Below are positions 31,706-45,500 of a DNA stretch of 64,000 nucleotides, in pieces. Location of the stretch: assembly GCA_002269645.1 (NCBI GenBank), contig NIVC01001632.1:192664-256663 (forward strand), written 5' to 3'. This DNA comes from Macrostomum lignano (lineage: Eukaryota). The notes below the pieces were generated by a model. It saw only the letters and a program-made list of their open reading frames with translations. It did no database searches and was not told where the DNA came from. Every line of letters starts with the position of its first letter. Position 1 is the first letter of the stretch. Made by a program: the position numbers and the translations under genes.

Positions 31706-32644
31706 GAACCCACCTAGTTGCTAAGCGTTGATGAAGCCGCCAGACAGGCAGTGTGACTTAAAAAGAATACCAATAGATAAATTCAAACCCTTAGCAGCAG
31801 GCTGTCTGCAAGATACATCACTTATCAGCCTGTTAATCAGTGCAATGCACGGTGGCTTTGCCTGATTTCCTTTTCGTTACCGCTGATGTTTGGGCGCCGG
31901 ATGTGTGCCTTTTTGTTTGCAGGAGAAAATTTTTCTTTAAAACTTTAAAACTACTTGCAACTCACAGCATGCAATGCCTATAGAAGCTGGTTCAGCCAAT
32001 AAAGTACTGCCTGGACACAAGGGCACCAGTGCACCTGTACCTAAGTGCTGTAGGCATAAGTACATCAGGCGTGATGCAGCAAGGCAGAGTTTGATTAACA
32101 ATTTCCGCTAGGTTGAGCTTTCCGAACTTGATGAAGCAAATTGTCGGAAAATATGCGGCGCTATGAACTGACGACTGATGAATACGATGCCTTACTTATC
32201 TAGCCGGTACATGACGGATCGATGTGAGGGTAGACATCATGAGCACTCAGAAACTGATAATTAATAGCATGATCACTCAGTAGGTGATCTGTCAACTGGC
32301 ACAGGAGGCGCAGAGTGATGCGACCCCTCTAAATTAAAAGGGCAAAAACTACGCACAGAGACAGATTTCGAAACCAAGAGAAACTTCGATCAAAGGATCA
32401 AAGGGAGAGGAAGGCCAGCCATTCGGTGCAGCAAACTAATCGATTGGGGAAGCTCCGCTTAGTCTTCTGGGTGCTGAATATTTTGCATAGAAATTACAAT
32501 CGGGTCACGCCAGGTGATCTTTCCTCTTCTGAGCAACTCAACTGAGCTTACTGCTGTTGCTCTCTGCGTGCATGCAGTCTAAATGCTAAACTGCAAGTGC
32601 CGTATCAGTGCCGCCTGCGTGCCAATGCATGGGGAAATTGCTTA

Positions 32645-33378
<734 letters not shown>

Positions 33379-33789
33379 CGCCGGGATTGACACAAGAAAC
33401 ATGAGCACCTCAGAGCATGATATTTTATTACATGACTCTCTTCACTGCCATTTAATTTCAGAGGCTAGCGGTCAATTCAGCACCCATGTGCCACGCATAC
33501 AGCTGGACTTACATAGTGCTGGATGCTTGGGGAACCTCGGACTCAGCCACAAGCGCACAAAGTGCAGCAGTCTGGGAACCATAGAACGCCTGCAGATTTT
33601 TCGCCCTGTGCGTCAGTTCTCTTGGCTTTCTACTGCACAATGTTTTTTGTCCTCCTAGTTTTCTGATTTCATGTACTTAACAACTGAGCAGCAGGTCTCC
33701 GTGAACCTGTTTCTACATGAACGTTTAAATTAATTTGTTATGAAAAATTTCATTCGATATTCACTTATTTTGGTTACGGTTCGAATTCA

Positions 33790-34660
33790 TAATGAATAGT
33801 GCCACAATGAGAGTCATTATATGGCACAATGAGAGTCATTAGATGACATAATGAGAGCCATTAGATGACACAATGTGAGTCATTAGATGACACAATGTGA
33901 GTCATTAGATTACACAATGTGAGTCATTAGATTACACAATGTGAGTCATTAGATTACACAATGTGAGTCATTAGATTACACAATGTGAGTCATTAAATGA
34001 CACAATGTAAGCCATTAGATGACACAATGAGAGTCATTAGATGACATAATGAGAGCCATTAGATGACACAATGTGAGCCATTAGATGACACAATGTGAGT
34101 CATTAGATTACACAATGTGAGTCATTAGATTACACAATGTGAGTCATTAGATGACACAATGTGAGTCATTAGATGACACAATGTGAGCCATTAGATGACA
34201 CAATGTGAGTCATTAGATGACACAATGAGAGTCATTAGATGACATAATGAGAGCCATTAGATGACACAATGTGAGCCATTAGATGACACAATGTGAGTCA
34301 TTAGATTACACAATGTGAGTCATTAGATTACACAATGTGAGTCATTAGATGACACAATGTGAGTCATTAGATGACACAATGTGAGCCATTAGATGACACA
34401 ATGTGAGTCATTAGATGACACAATGAGAGTCATTAGATGACATAATGAGAGCCATTAGATGACACAATGTGAGCCATTAGATGACACAATGTGAGTCATT
34501 AGATGACACAATGTGAGTCATTAGATGACATAATGAGAGCCATTAGATGACACAATGTGACTCATTAGATGACACAATGTGAGTCATTAGATGACACAAT
34601 GAGAGTCATTAGATGACACAATCAGGGTCATTAAATGACACAATGAGGGTGATTAAATGG
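33790..34660. repeat. 22-bp GACACAATGTGAGTCATTAGAT minisatellite
   Basis: About 39 copies. Confidence 0.96.
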
Positions 34661-35544
34661 CAAAGTTGAAAGTGAAAGTTCCTGACAGCTGTATTACATG
34701 CTTTTGATGTGAATATTGATTTGATTTTATACACAATAACAGTTTCTCATGCTACAGGCTACTGATAAATGTACAAACATGTAAATTTAGTCCCTCCTCC
34801 TTCCTTTTTTCGTTCATTCCGATATTTTCAATCGCGAAAAAATAATTGCTTTCGGTTGAATAGAAAAGCAACAAAAGAATATTGAGTTTCTCCCAGAATC
34901 AGAATTAAATTTAGCAGCTTTAATTAAACTGGCGTGTCTCTTTGAAAGGAAAGCTGCTTTGCTTTGAAGTTGTTAAATTTGCGTTTTCTTCTTTTTTAAT
35001 TCTGATTTGACTCTATAGAAATAACGGAAAATGTCTACTTGCCAAGAAGTTCACTGTGGCATGTTAGTCTGGCTTTTTGAGCACAAATCCAATTCTCAAA
35101 GAATGCGTGCACTCGGGGAGTCTTGAGCATAGGCCTTCCTGCCAAATCTTTTTATCAACTCCATCGTCTAATTCAACACGCATACAGTTCCCAGTTCCTT
35201 GCTCAACTTCATTCCGAATATTTCCTGAACTCCCCAGAGCCGCCAGCTATAAATAACAGTATTTCCATCTCAGCTTGTCTGGGCTATTTTGGTGCCCGAG
35301 AAAATTTATGCCAACCTCTTCTGCACCGATTTTTAAGCTTGCTTTCTTTGCTTGACTTCAACAACTCTGCCGACTGCTGTGCCAACTGTAAACCAACAGT
35401 AGAAAACGGAGCTGAAGGGCACAAATAATAGCGGGACATCTGGACGAAATATGTTTAATGCGCAATATATGCTGGAATTTAGTATTCCTATTTTATTTAC
35501 CACTGCTCCGGTGAGTACACACTGCACAGCCTATACTTGAGGTA

Positions 35545-35772
<228 letters not shown>

Positions 35773-36266
35773 TTTACACACACTCCTGGATATCAGATGG
35801 CGATTAAATAGTGACCATCTCCATGTAATGATTAAAATGGCTCTCAGTCTTTCCGTCGACTGTGTGTCTGCGCGTCTGCCTTGTTCACCCCAAGGATGGA
35901 ATGCTAAACCAGTAAACATGTGGAACTTACAACCAGATCCCCTTAATCGAGGACCTCTTAAATTAGCACATTTTTATTAGCACTGTAGGGGGGGGGGGGT
36001 TATTTCAAGCACTTATGCTGATACGGCGTTTGCCAGTTCTATTATGTCTAAAGGAAATATCTATAGCAAGAAGATCGTCATTTTTTCCTTAATCCAAGCC
36101 TCCATGCATGTGACCATCAGATCTACTGTGAAGCCAGACTCATTAGTCTATGGTTAAGAAAGTATACAAGAAAGCACTAATAGCTCCCGATTCAATTCCG
36201 TTCTGAAAGCATCCCGAGCCACTTCATACAGCCTGCATCAAGTGGCCAAAGAAAGTGGCTGCCAAC

Positions 36267-37672
36267 ATGGCTTCGAAACGGAAGCCCGTCAAGCGTTCAA
36301 AGAAGCCGAAAAAGCAAAGCCCCAAGCAGAAGCGCACAAAGGTGAAAACTAATAAAACTAAACAGAAGCCTAAGACTAAGAAGCCAACGAGCAAATCTAA
36401 AGATGCCAAGCGTTCCAAATCCGAGGAGAAAAGGAGGCGCGAGCAAAAGTCGACCAAGATGGCCAAGCAGCACAAGCAGAAGCTGCTGAACGCCAAGAGG
36501 GAGCGCCAGCGCCAGCGCAACACGCAGATGATGCGGATACGCCGGGGGGCTCAGCAGGGGAGGTCGAGACAGGCGGCAAAAGACAGAGAGAAGCGGCAAG
36601 ACGGCGCAGCCAGTGACACTACTGGGACCGAACAGGAGATGGACGAGGATGTGACCATTCTGACCAAACAGTATCAGAAGGAGGACAGCTTGTTTGTGAG
36701 TACGAAATGGAAAGTTTGTGAAAGCATTTTCTTTATTGCTCTAGCTAGCGATTTTAGAAACCAGTTTATCCACTAAAAAGACCAGTTTAACCAGTTGAGA
36801 AACCAGTTTATCCACCAAAAAGACCATTTTAACCAGTTGAAAACCAGTTTATTCACCTAGTCTTAAGTGACCAGTTTATCCACTTGAGAGACAAGTTTAT
36901 TCACTTGAGAAACCAGTTTATCTACCTAGTCTTAAGTGACCAGTTTATCCACTTGAGAGACCAGTTTATCCATTTGAGAAACCAGTTTATTCACTTGAGA
37001 GACCAGTTTATCCATTTGAGAAACCAGTTTATCCACTTGAGAAACCAGTTTATCCACTTGAGAAACCAGTTTATCCACATGAGACACCAGTTTATCCACT
37101 TGAGACACCAATTTATCCACTTGAGAAACCAGTTTATCCACTTAAGAGACCAATTTAACCGATTGAGAAAACAGGAAGTAAAAATAGTAAGAAATGGCCC
37201 GATCACAATGCAAAATCCATCATAAGACCTAAAGTATGCGGTCGAAACCCCCATCTCGCAGAATCGCGTCCAAATGCGCCTTGAGGACTTGCTAGCCGGG
37301 CTGCTCTACTTCCTGACCGTGACGATACGGTCCGAGAGGACTTACGACTGGCTCACGTTCCTGGCCAACAACCTGGGCCTGTACCAGGAGTACGAGATTA
37401 ATGACTACGGCCAGAGGCTTAGTCCGCGCACCGGGCGACCTGTACTACTTAGCCTGGGTCCAATTCGAGTAGTACAGATAGTTGAATCGGCCAATCAGGT
37501 TCGCTCTTATTGGGATCCGTACATCCGCGACTTCCTGAGGAATTCCAATTTGACAACGGACTGCTGGCGAGCCAACCGCATGGCTCTGCAGGTGGCACTG
37601 TGCATGGACGATAATGGCACCATGTACGACATGCCGCTGAATAGTGGCGAGGATAGAGATCCCAGAGCTTAG
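36267..37672 (+). CDS. Unknown protein, 279 aa: Lys/Arg-rich N-terminal half plus globular-looking C-terminal domain
   Basis: Exon 1 is 36267-36695 (GCCAACATGG start context, donor TTT|GTGAGT); exon 2 is 37262-37672 (acceptor CCCCATCTCGCAG). The phase-0 join gives ...KEDSLF|NRVQMRLEDLLAGLLYFLTV...; both exons are GC-rich and non-repetitive. Confidence 0.75.
36760..37165. repeat. 21-bp GAGAAACCAGTTTATCCACTT array (intron of the basic protein gene)
   Basis: About 18 degenerate copies. Confidence 0.93.
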
Positions 37673-39509
37673 CCTGCTTCGGCCTAATTATTACGTAATA
37701 ATTAGTCCAACGCCTAGTCTAACGTTAAAAATATACTACTGAATCGAGCAGACCAGTACGTCTAATTATTTTTTCCTAATCAATGATTTCCAGCTCTTAG
37801 TCACTAAATTAACTTCGCTTCTGATTACAAAAACTAGAAAATGTCAATTCTTGGGAAAAATACTATTTTTACTCCTACTTATAGTAGTAGAAATAGGAAA
37901 GCTGCGTATTTTCGTCAAAAGAAAGAAATCGAGAATATTTAACCGCTCTGTCTATGGCAGCGGGCGATTAGAGTAAAGTACAAAGAAATGTGCATGTTCT
38001 GCGTCATTTGGCTGGGGATTTGTTGCTGGCTGCTTGTACGAATAAAAAATTAGTACAATATCACAACTGATGGAGTGATTTTGCGATTGAGTCGACTTAA
38101 CAAACTGCTGTGCAATACATGTAATTATGTCTAAAATGCCGGTCAGCAAATTTTTAAGCATTTTCCGTACGCCCAGCAGTGGCAGACGAAAACGGAGACA
38201 CAGAACTATCAGTTTGCCTGGCTCTTTGGACTCGGGATCTGTCACCGGATCAACCTGTTCGCAGTTTCTATCTCCTGCGGATTCTAGTGAGTCAGAATAT
38301 TGTCACTTTAAGGATATAAATTATTCTGTATGACAAGGGGCAGTAGTAGCCTTAGCCAGACAAGGATAATATCGACTAAACACATCACACATGCACAATT
38401 AAAGCTAGGCCAAGTTGATAACAGGCATTGTTTTTTCTCTTCTCACCGAGTTATGGGCTTATGGCATGAGAAATGAGTAATGGACAATATTTATTTGTTT
38501 TATGGCCACTGCATTGTCAATGACAACGCTGTACAAATAACAGTGTGCAGTGTAGACTGGTGCAGCGCTATTCAGGTGAAACAAGTAGTTTTTAATACGC
38601 TATAAATATCAATCCGCGAATTTAATGAGTCAACGGTCAAAGACCAAACAGCCCGGCACGAGCCGAGGCCTGTTACAGGCTTGCGTGGTACGAACAACTT
38701 CAGGTATCGGTATTAAGGAGTGGAGAACTAGGCCTAGAATTACAGTGCAAACACTGATATAGCAGAAGGCAGAAGCAGCATTTTGACAGAGCGAAAATGA
38801 CCCTGTTGCTCCCTGCAAGCCTGTCCCAATATGCAGACTGCCTAGCACTTTCTGGCACTTCCTAGCACAAAGCACAAAGCACAAAGCACAAACCATACCG
38901 GTCTACCCCAACCGTTGGGCATTCAGATTAAAAAGTGGCGTGATTCTGGTCTTATCGGAGCTATTTTTAGAATGGTAAGACGAGGTTTGCCCCGCGTTGC
39001 TAAGTTACTGCGCGCGGAGGGTTGGGCACGCCCGAATGACTGTGTTGGCTGTACATTGAGGCGGGGGTGATGTTCGCGGAAAGATTTCCGTTCAGTCCGC
39101 TCCTAGTCCACATGTGCAAGGCGGGGGGGGGCCAATTCACAAATACAGCAAAGCTCCCAATGGAGGGTTTGGGGTGGGTTTCAAGGCCAAAGTAAAATAC
39201 GCCAACATCGGACGACATTTATGTGCCTTACTAAGCTCCCTCCCGACCCAAAGCCTCCTAGAGTTTCGGTCGGGGCTTTTTTCAATTGAATTCGCAAGGA
39301 ACTAAAATAAATGGTGCCACGCCTGCGACACTCCACTAAATAAGGCGGGGGAGGCTAAGTCACCTGACTGGCAGACTATACAATAACTATCGCTATCAGT
39401 TGTAACTCGAGGCCAATCATCCTAGCCTCCAAGCTATATATTAATAGACACTGCACTGCTTATATATAAAATCAGTGCCAGACAAGCTTGGCACTATCAA
39501 ATAAGGATT

Positions 39510-42500
39510 ATGCAAACCTTAGAAGATGACGATGCAGTAATCGAACTCTTAGAGAAGAGCAGAGAAGAAGCCAGCGAAGCAACAACCAACGGGAACGAAA
39601 ACGGCCAGGAGCTGGCGACAAAGAAGATGATCAAAGAAGAAAAAATCTGCAGTATGTTTGGTCTGTCATTGAACGAAAAGATTCTAAAGTGTAAGTAACT
39701 TATTGATTTACATTTTTCTTGTCTTATTTCTTGTATTGTAGTAAATTCTAGTTTATATTTTGCAGGCTTTGCCTAGAACCTAAAGAGCTTAGTAAGATAG
39801 TTTCTATGAGTATGACTAATAAAAATAAAAATTTAAGTATTTAAATTTAAAGCTTTGAAATTGAATAATAACAATAATCAACATGCTATATTCAATATTA
39901 AACTATAAAACTAGGACATAGGGAATGAAGCGATACTAATTTAGTTTAACTAATTTTAAAATAATTACAACAAATGTATTCATTTCCCTTTTTAAAGTAA
40001 CTTAATATTTTTCTATATTTTTTCAGCATTTCCATGTTTCCTAGTGGCAGAAATTCTTATCCAAGGCACTATGACTGTCACACAACGCCATATCTGCTTT
40101 AATTCAAATATACCTGGTTTAAAGAGAAATGTAAGTACTTACATACTGTATACATATCCATTTGTTGAATAATGTTTCAAATAAAAAACTCATTGTTGCG
40201 ATTATACTAAATATCATCATGTTTGAAATACGATTGCACAGATCAAAATTAGATTCGCCGATGTGGTACAGCTGTCCAAGGAGAAGGTGTACGCATTCTT
40301 CCCAACTGGCATCGGGGTGCACACTCGGCAGCGGCAAGAGAAGGTTCGGCTGAATGTATTTTACATAATACATGCATTTCTTGTGTGTGTGCGTTTAGTA
40401 GTAGTAGATAGAAGACGAGGGAGAGGTAGATGAGACCAGGTAGAGGTAGACAAAGGAGAGGTAGAGGAGACAGGAGAGGTAGAGGAGACGAGGGAGAGGT
40501 AGATGAGACCAGGTAGAGGTAGACAAAGGAGAGGTAGAGGAGACGAGGGAGAGGAGACAAAGGAGAGGTAGAGGAGGCAAAGGAGAGGTAGAGGAGGCAA
40601 ATAAGAGGTAGAGGAGACAGGAGAAGTAGAGGAGACGAGGGAGAGGTAGGGGAGACGAGGTAGAGGAGACAAAGGAGAGGTAGAGGAGGCGAGGTAGAGG
40701 AGGCAAAGGAGAGGTAGAGGAGGCAAATAAAAGTTAGAGGAGACAGGAGAGGTAGAGGAGGCAAATAAGAGGTAGAGATAGGAGAGGTAGAGGAGACGAG
40801 GGTCGAGGGAGAGGTAGACAAAGGAGAGGTAGAGGAGACGAGGGAGAGGTAGACAAAGGAGAGGTAGAGGAGACAGAGGAGAGGTAGAGGAGGCAAATAA
40901 GAGGTAGAGACAGGAGAGGTAGAGGAGACGAGGGTCGAGGGAGAGGTAGACAAAGGAGAGGTAGAGGAGACGAGGGAGAGGTAGACAAAGGAGAGGTAGA
41001 GGAGACGAGGGAGAGGTAGACAAAGGAGAGGTAGAGGAGACGAGGGAGAGGTAGACAAAGGAGAGGTAGAGGAGACGAGGGAGAGGTAGACAAAGGAGAG
41101 GTAGAGGAGACGAGGGAGAGGTAGACAAAGGAGAGGTAGAGGAGACGAGGGAGAGGTAGACAAAGGAGAGGTAGAGGAGACAAAGGAGAGGTAGAGGAGG
41201 CAAATAAGAGGTAGAGGAGACATGAGAAGTAGAGGAGACGAGGGAGAGGTAGAGGAGACATGAGAAGTAGAGGAGACAAAGGAGAGGTAGAGGAGACAGG
41301 AGAGGTAGAGGAGACAGGAGAGGTAGAGGAGACAGGAGAGGTAGAGGAGGCAAAGGAGAGGTAGAGGAGACAGGAGAGGTAGAGGAGACAGGAGAGGTAG
41401 AGGAGGAAAAGGAGAGGTAGAGGAGACAGGAGAGGTAGAGGAGACAGGAGAGGTAGAGGAGACAGGAGAGGTAGAGGAGGCAAAGGAGAGGTAGAGGAGG
41501 CAAATAAGAGATAGAGAAGGCAAAGGAGAGGTAGAGGAGACAGGAGAGGTAGAGAAGGCAAAGGAGAGGTAGAGGAGACAGGAGAGGTAGAGGAGGCAAA
41601 GGAGAGGTAGAGGAGACAGGAGAGGTAGAGGAGGCAAAGGAGAGGTAGAGGAGTGATTTCATACATGCGCAACTGCTGGCCGACCTGGCCGATCTGGCCA
41701 CCGTAAATTGTGGTGGACCAGGGGTAAGTCGCAAAAATGCCACCCCAAAGGATATGGACGTAGTACTAATTAGATGCCGAGGCATTTAGGCCTGATAAGA
41801 CAGTCATAGTTACTCTTGCCGTTTACCCAAATAAGCGTTTATTTTGCTTTAGGGTTTCTTTCACAGGTAAGTCGCATTTTTGGTCAAAAAGTAAGTCGCA
41901 TGGCCAGTTTAAATCTGGGGGGTTGCGCATGTATGAGTGATTTCCAATGGATGCAGACTAGTTAATCAGCAATGACAGCCGCTAGCCCACCCCCGAATCC
42001 AGACCGTATTCTCCTACGTGACCTCCCGGGACAAGCTGCTTCAGTTTCTGCGGCATCACTGGGAGAACTATTCAGAAGTTGATGAGGACTTTTGCTCGTC
42101 TGTGCAAGGCTCCAGCATCGATGAAGGACCTCTGGTGAGCTGTCAATTTAGACTGGAACCGGTTTAAACCGGATTGGAAAAGGAAAACTTTACTGCACAT
42201 TTCAAGCAAATATAGTCGTCCCCTCTCTAGACAGCCAGCTTTAATAAGCTAGATACTCATATTTCCAACGGTGTCTGTACTTTTCTGTGCACAAGCTGAC
42301 GCCTTTCGTGGGAGTATGGTTCTTTCTTCTACTAGTAGCAAAGAAATTTCCTTCTTCCTATTCCCTGCTCAGTGCTCACTAGTTTTCTTCCTTGGTCTAA
42401 GCTGACAATTGCCTTTAGAAATGCAAATTTGTGTGTGTGGGCGTTGCTGGGCAGCCTAGTTTCATAGGTTTCTTTGCTCAAATCAATAAATAATAGCGTC

Positions 42501-45500
42501 ATTTGTACTCGGTCAGTGCAGGAAAACTTCTTTTTAGACTGCCAACCTGTGTCTCGCGCCACCCCTTAACACTAGTTAGTACAGTAAGTAGGCGAGAGTA
42601 ACTATACAATGATTTTAAAGGTGAAATGCCTCGTCATCTAATTAGTTAGCCAATGTACTTTAGAACTGACATTGTAATAGCATTCTACTCTTAGGTGGAA
42701 AATCGAACATTTCCAAAACTTGCAAACTTAGTGTAGATCTATAGAAACAGCACCATTTTTAATCAGCTCATTCTTTCGTTCTTCTTCTGTTAACTAAAAA
42801 TTTTCACCCTCTCGACTACAAGTAAGCCAACACATGAGCTTCGGTCTTTAGCCTTCAGACCCGGGTTAACTCAGTCCAACAAGAGAGAGAAAGAAGCATT
42901 GGTTTGATTAGTTTTGATAAACGGGCTAGCTCAAAGCAGAGATAGCAGCAGCAGCAGCAGCAAGATTCTGTGAAGCAGTGGCAGACTGGCAGAGACTCGG
43001 TAAAATATTAATCTTGGTTGCCCTCCAACGACAGAGTGACTATTCGAGTTTACTATGCGCTTGTAGGTGCGCTATTTTTAGCGGTTACTTCTACAGTTCT
43101 GCCTACACAGGTACTTCTACGGTTCTACCCTACCTGCAGTTCAAGTTTAACAAAATGCGTCCTCTTATTGGCGCGTTCCTATGAACAAATGGCGCGTTCC
43201 TATGAACAAATGGCACCTTCCTATTAGCAAATGGCGCCTTCTTATTAATAAATGGCACCTTCTTATTAACAAATGGCGCCTTCGTATTAACAAATGGCGC
43301 GTCCCTATTAACAAATGGTGCCTTCCTTTTAACAAATGGCGCCTTCTTATTAACAAATGGTGCCTTCCTTTTAACAAATGGCACCTTCCTATTAACAAAT
43401 GGCACCTTCCTATTAACAAATGGTGCCTTCCTTTTAACAAATGGCACCTTCCTATTAACAAATGGCACCTTCCTATTAACAAATGGTGCCTTCCTTTTAA
43501 CAAATGGCACCTTCCTATTAACAAATGGCACCTTCCTATTAACAAATGGTGCCTTCCTTTTAACATATGGTGCCTTCCTATATTTTAACAAATGGCATCT
43601 TCTTATTAACAAATGGCGCCTTCCTATTAACAAATGGTGCCTTCCTTTTAACAAATGGCACCTTCCTATTAACAAATGTTATTAACAAATGCCTATAGGC
43701 AAGTGACATGCTCCAATTAACAAATGGCACCGTGTTCTTAAGCAACAAACAAGCAACAATTGGCTCCCTCCCTCTGGAAACCCGCTGGCAGGACGGCGGC
43801 CAGGCCAGCAGCCGGGAGGCCTCGGTGCTGAACGACGAGGACAGCGGCATCCTGGTGACCCCTTCGATGGCCACCTCAGCCAGCGCCGCCGGCAGACCGG
43901 CAGCATCGGCCGCGGCTGCTGTTGGATCCAGCAGTGCCGTGTCGGCCGTCGATTCGACCACGTCGGCGTCTGGGCCGACTGAGAGCTCGGCTAGCGGCGA
44001 TGAAGCCGCGGCTGACGAGCGCGGATTCTGTGAGTGTTTTTGAGTGAATCGTTTATTAACGAAAGGTTTTGTGCCATCTGGAATAGAAGATTTTAGGTTC
44101 GTGAACCTTAAATCACAGGATCGTGAATCTTCAAAAGATTGTGAATCACAGGATCGTGAATCTTGAGAATTATAATAAGATTGTGAATCATAAGAATCAC
44201 AGGATCGTGAATCTTGAGAATCATGATAAGATTGTGAATCATGAGAATCACAGGATCGTGAATCTTGAGAATCATAATAAGATTGTGAATCATGAGAATC
44301 ACAGAATCGTGTATCTTGAGAATCATAATAAGATTGTGAATCATGAGAATCACAGAATCGTGTATCTTGAGAATCATAATAAGATTGTGAATCATGAGAA
44401 TCACAGAATCGTGTATCTTGAGAATCATAATGAGATTGTGAATCATGAGAATGATAAGATTGTGAATCATGAGGATCACAGGATCGTCAATCTTGAGAAG
44501 CATAAGATTGTGAATCATGAATCCGTGAATCCTCTAGAATTGTGAATCCTCTGGGATTGTGAATCCTCTAGGATTGTGAATCCTCTAGGATTGTGAATCC
44601 TCTAGGATTGTGAATCCTCTAGGATTGTGAATCCTCTAGGATTGTGAATCCTCTAGGATTGTGAATCCTCTAGGATTGTGAATCCTCTAGGATTGTGAAT
44701 CCTCTAGGATTGTGAATCCTCTAGGATTGTGAATCCTCTAGGATTGTGAATCCTCTAGGATTGTGAATCCTCTAGGATTGTGAATCCTCTAGGATTGTGA
44801 ATCCTCTAGGATTGTGAATCCTCTAGGATTGTGAATCCTCTAGGATTGTGAATCCTCTAGGATTGTAAATCCTCTAGGATTGTGAATCCTCTAGGATTGT
44901 GAATCCTCTAGGATTGTGAATCCTCTAGGATTGTGAATCCTCTAGGATCGTCAAGCATTACATTTCGCCCGTTCCCACAGATGCGGACCGTCGGCCGCAG
45001 CCGAGTCCCGGCCGGTCGAGTCGCTCCCGCTGGCAGTCCCTGCTGGCTGACTGGGACCGCCTGCCCAACAGACACGCGCTCACCGTTATCGCTTTTTTGT
45101 AAGCTGGCAGATTCGGTGTTGACACCTTTGTGGGCCTCCCCGATCCTTCAGCTGCCACTCCCTCCCTCCCCGATCCTTCAGCTGCCACCCCCTCCCTCCC
45201 CGATCCTTCAGCTGCCACCCCCTCCCCGATCCTTCAGCTGCCACCCCCTCCCTCCCCGATCCTTCAGCTGCCACCCCCTCCCCGATCCTTCAGCTGCCAC
45301 CCCTCCCCGATCCCTCAGCTGCCACCCCTCCCCGATCCCTCAGCTGCCACCCCTCCCCGATCCTTCAGCTGCCACCCCTCCCCGATCCTTCAGCTGCCAC
45401 CCCTCCCCGATCCCTCAGCTGCCACCCCTCCCCGATCCTTCAGCTGCCACCCCTCCCCGATCCCTCAGCTGCCACCCCTCCCCGATCCCTCAGCTGCCAC

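Noticed and set aside
35040-35480. Faint resemblance of a minus-strand frame to the C-terminal part of a LINE reverse transcriptase (AEEVGINF...LGSSG...KKIW)
   Set aside because: No YADD or other diagnostic motif, and stops interrupt it; the similarity is too weak without a search.
39757-39775. Strong-looking acceptor TTTTGCAG in GRAM intron 1
   Set aside because: Joining there gives an immediate stop (CFA*); the acceptor at 40026 restores the GRAM domain.
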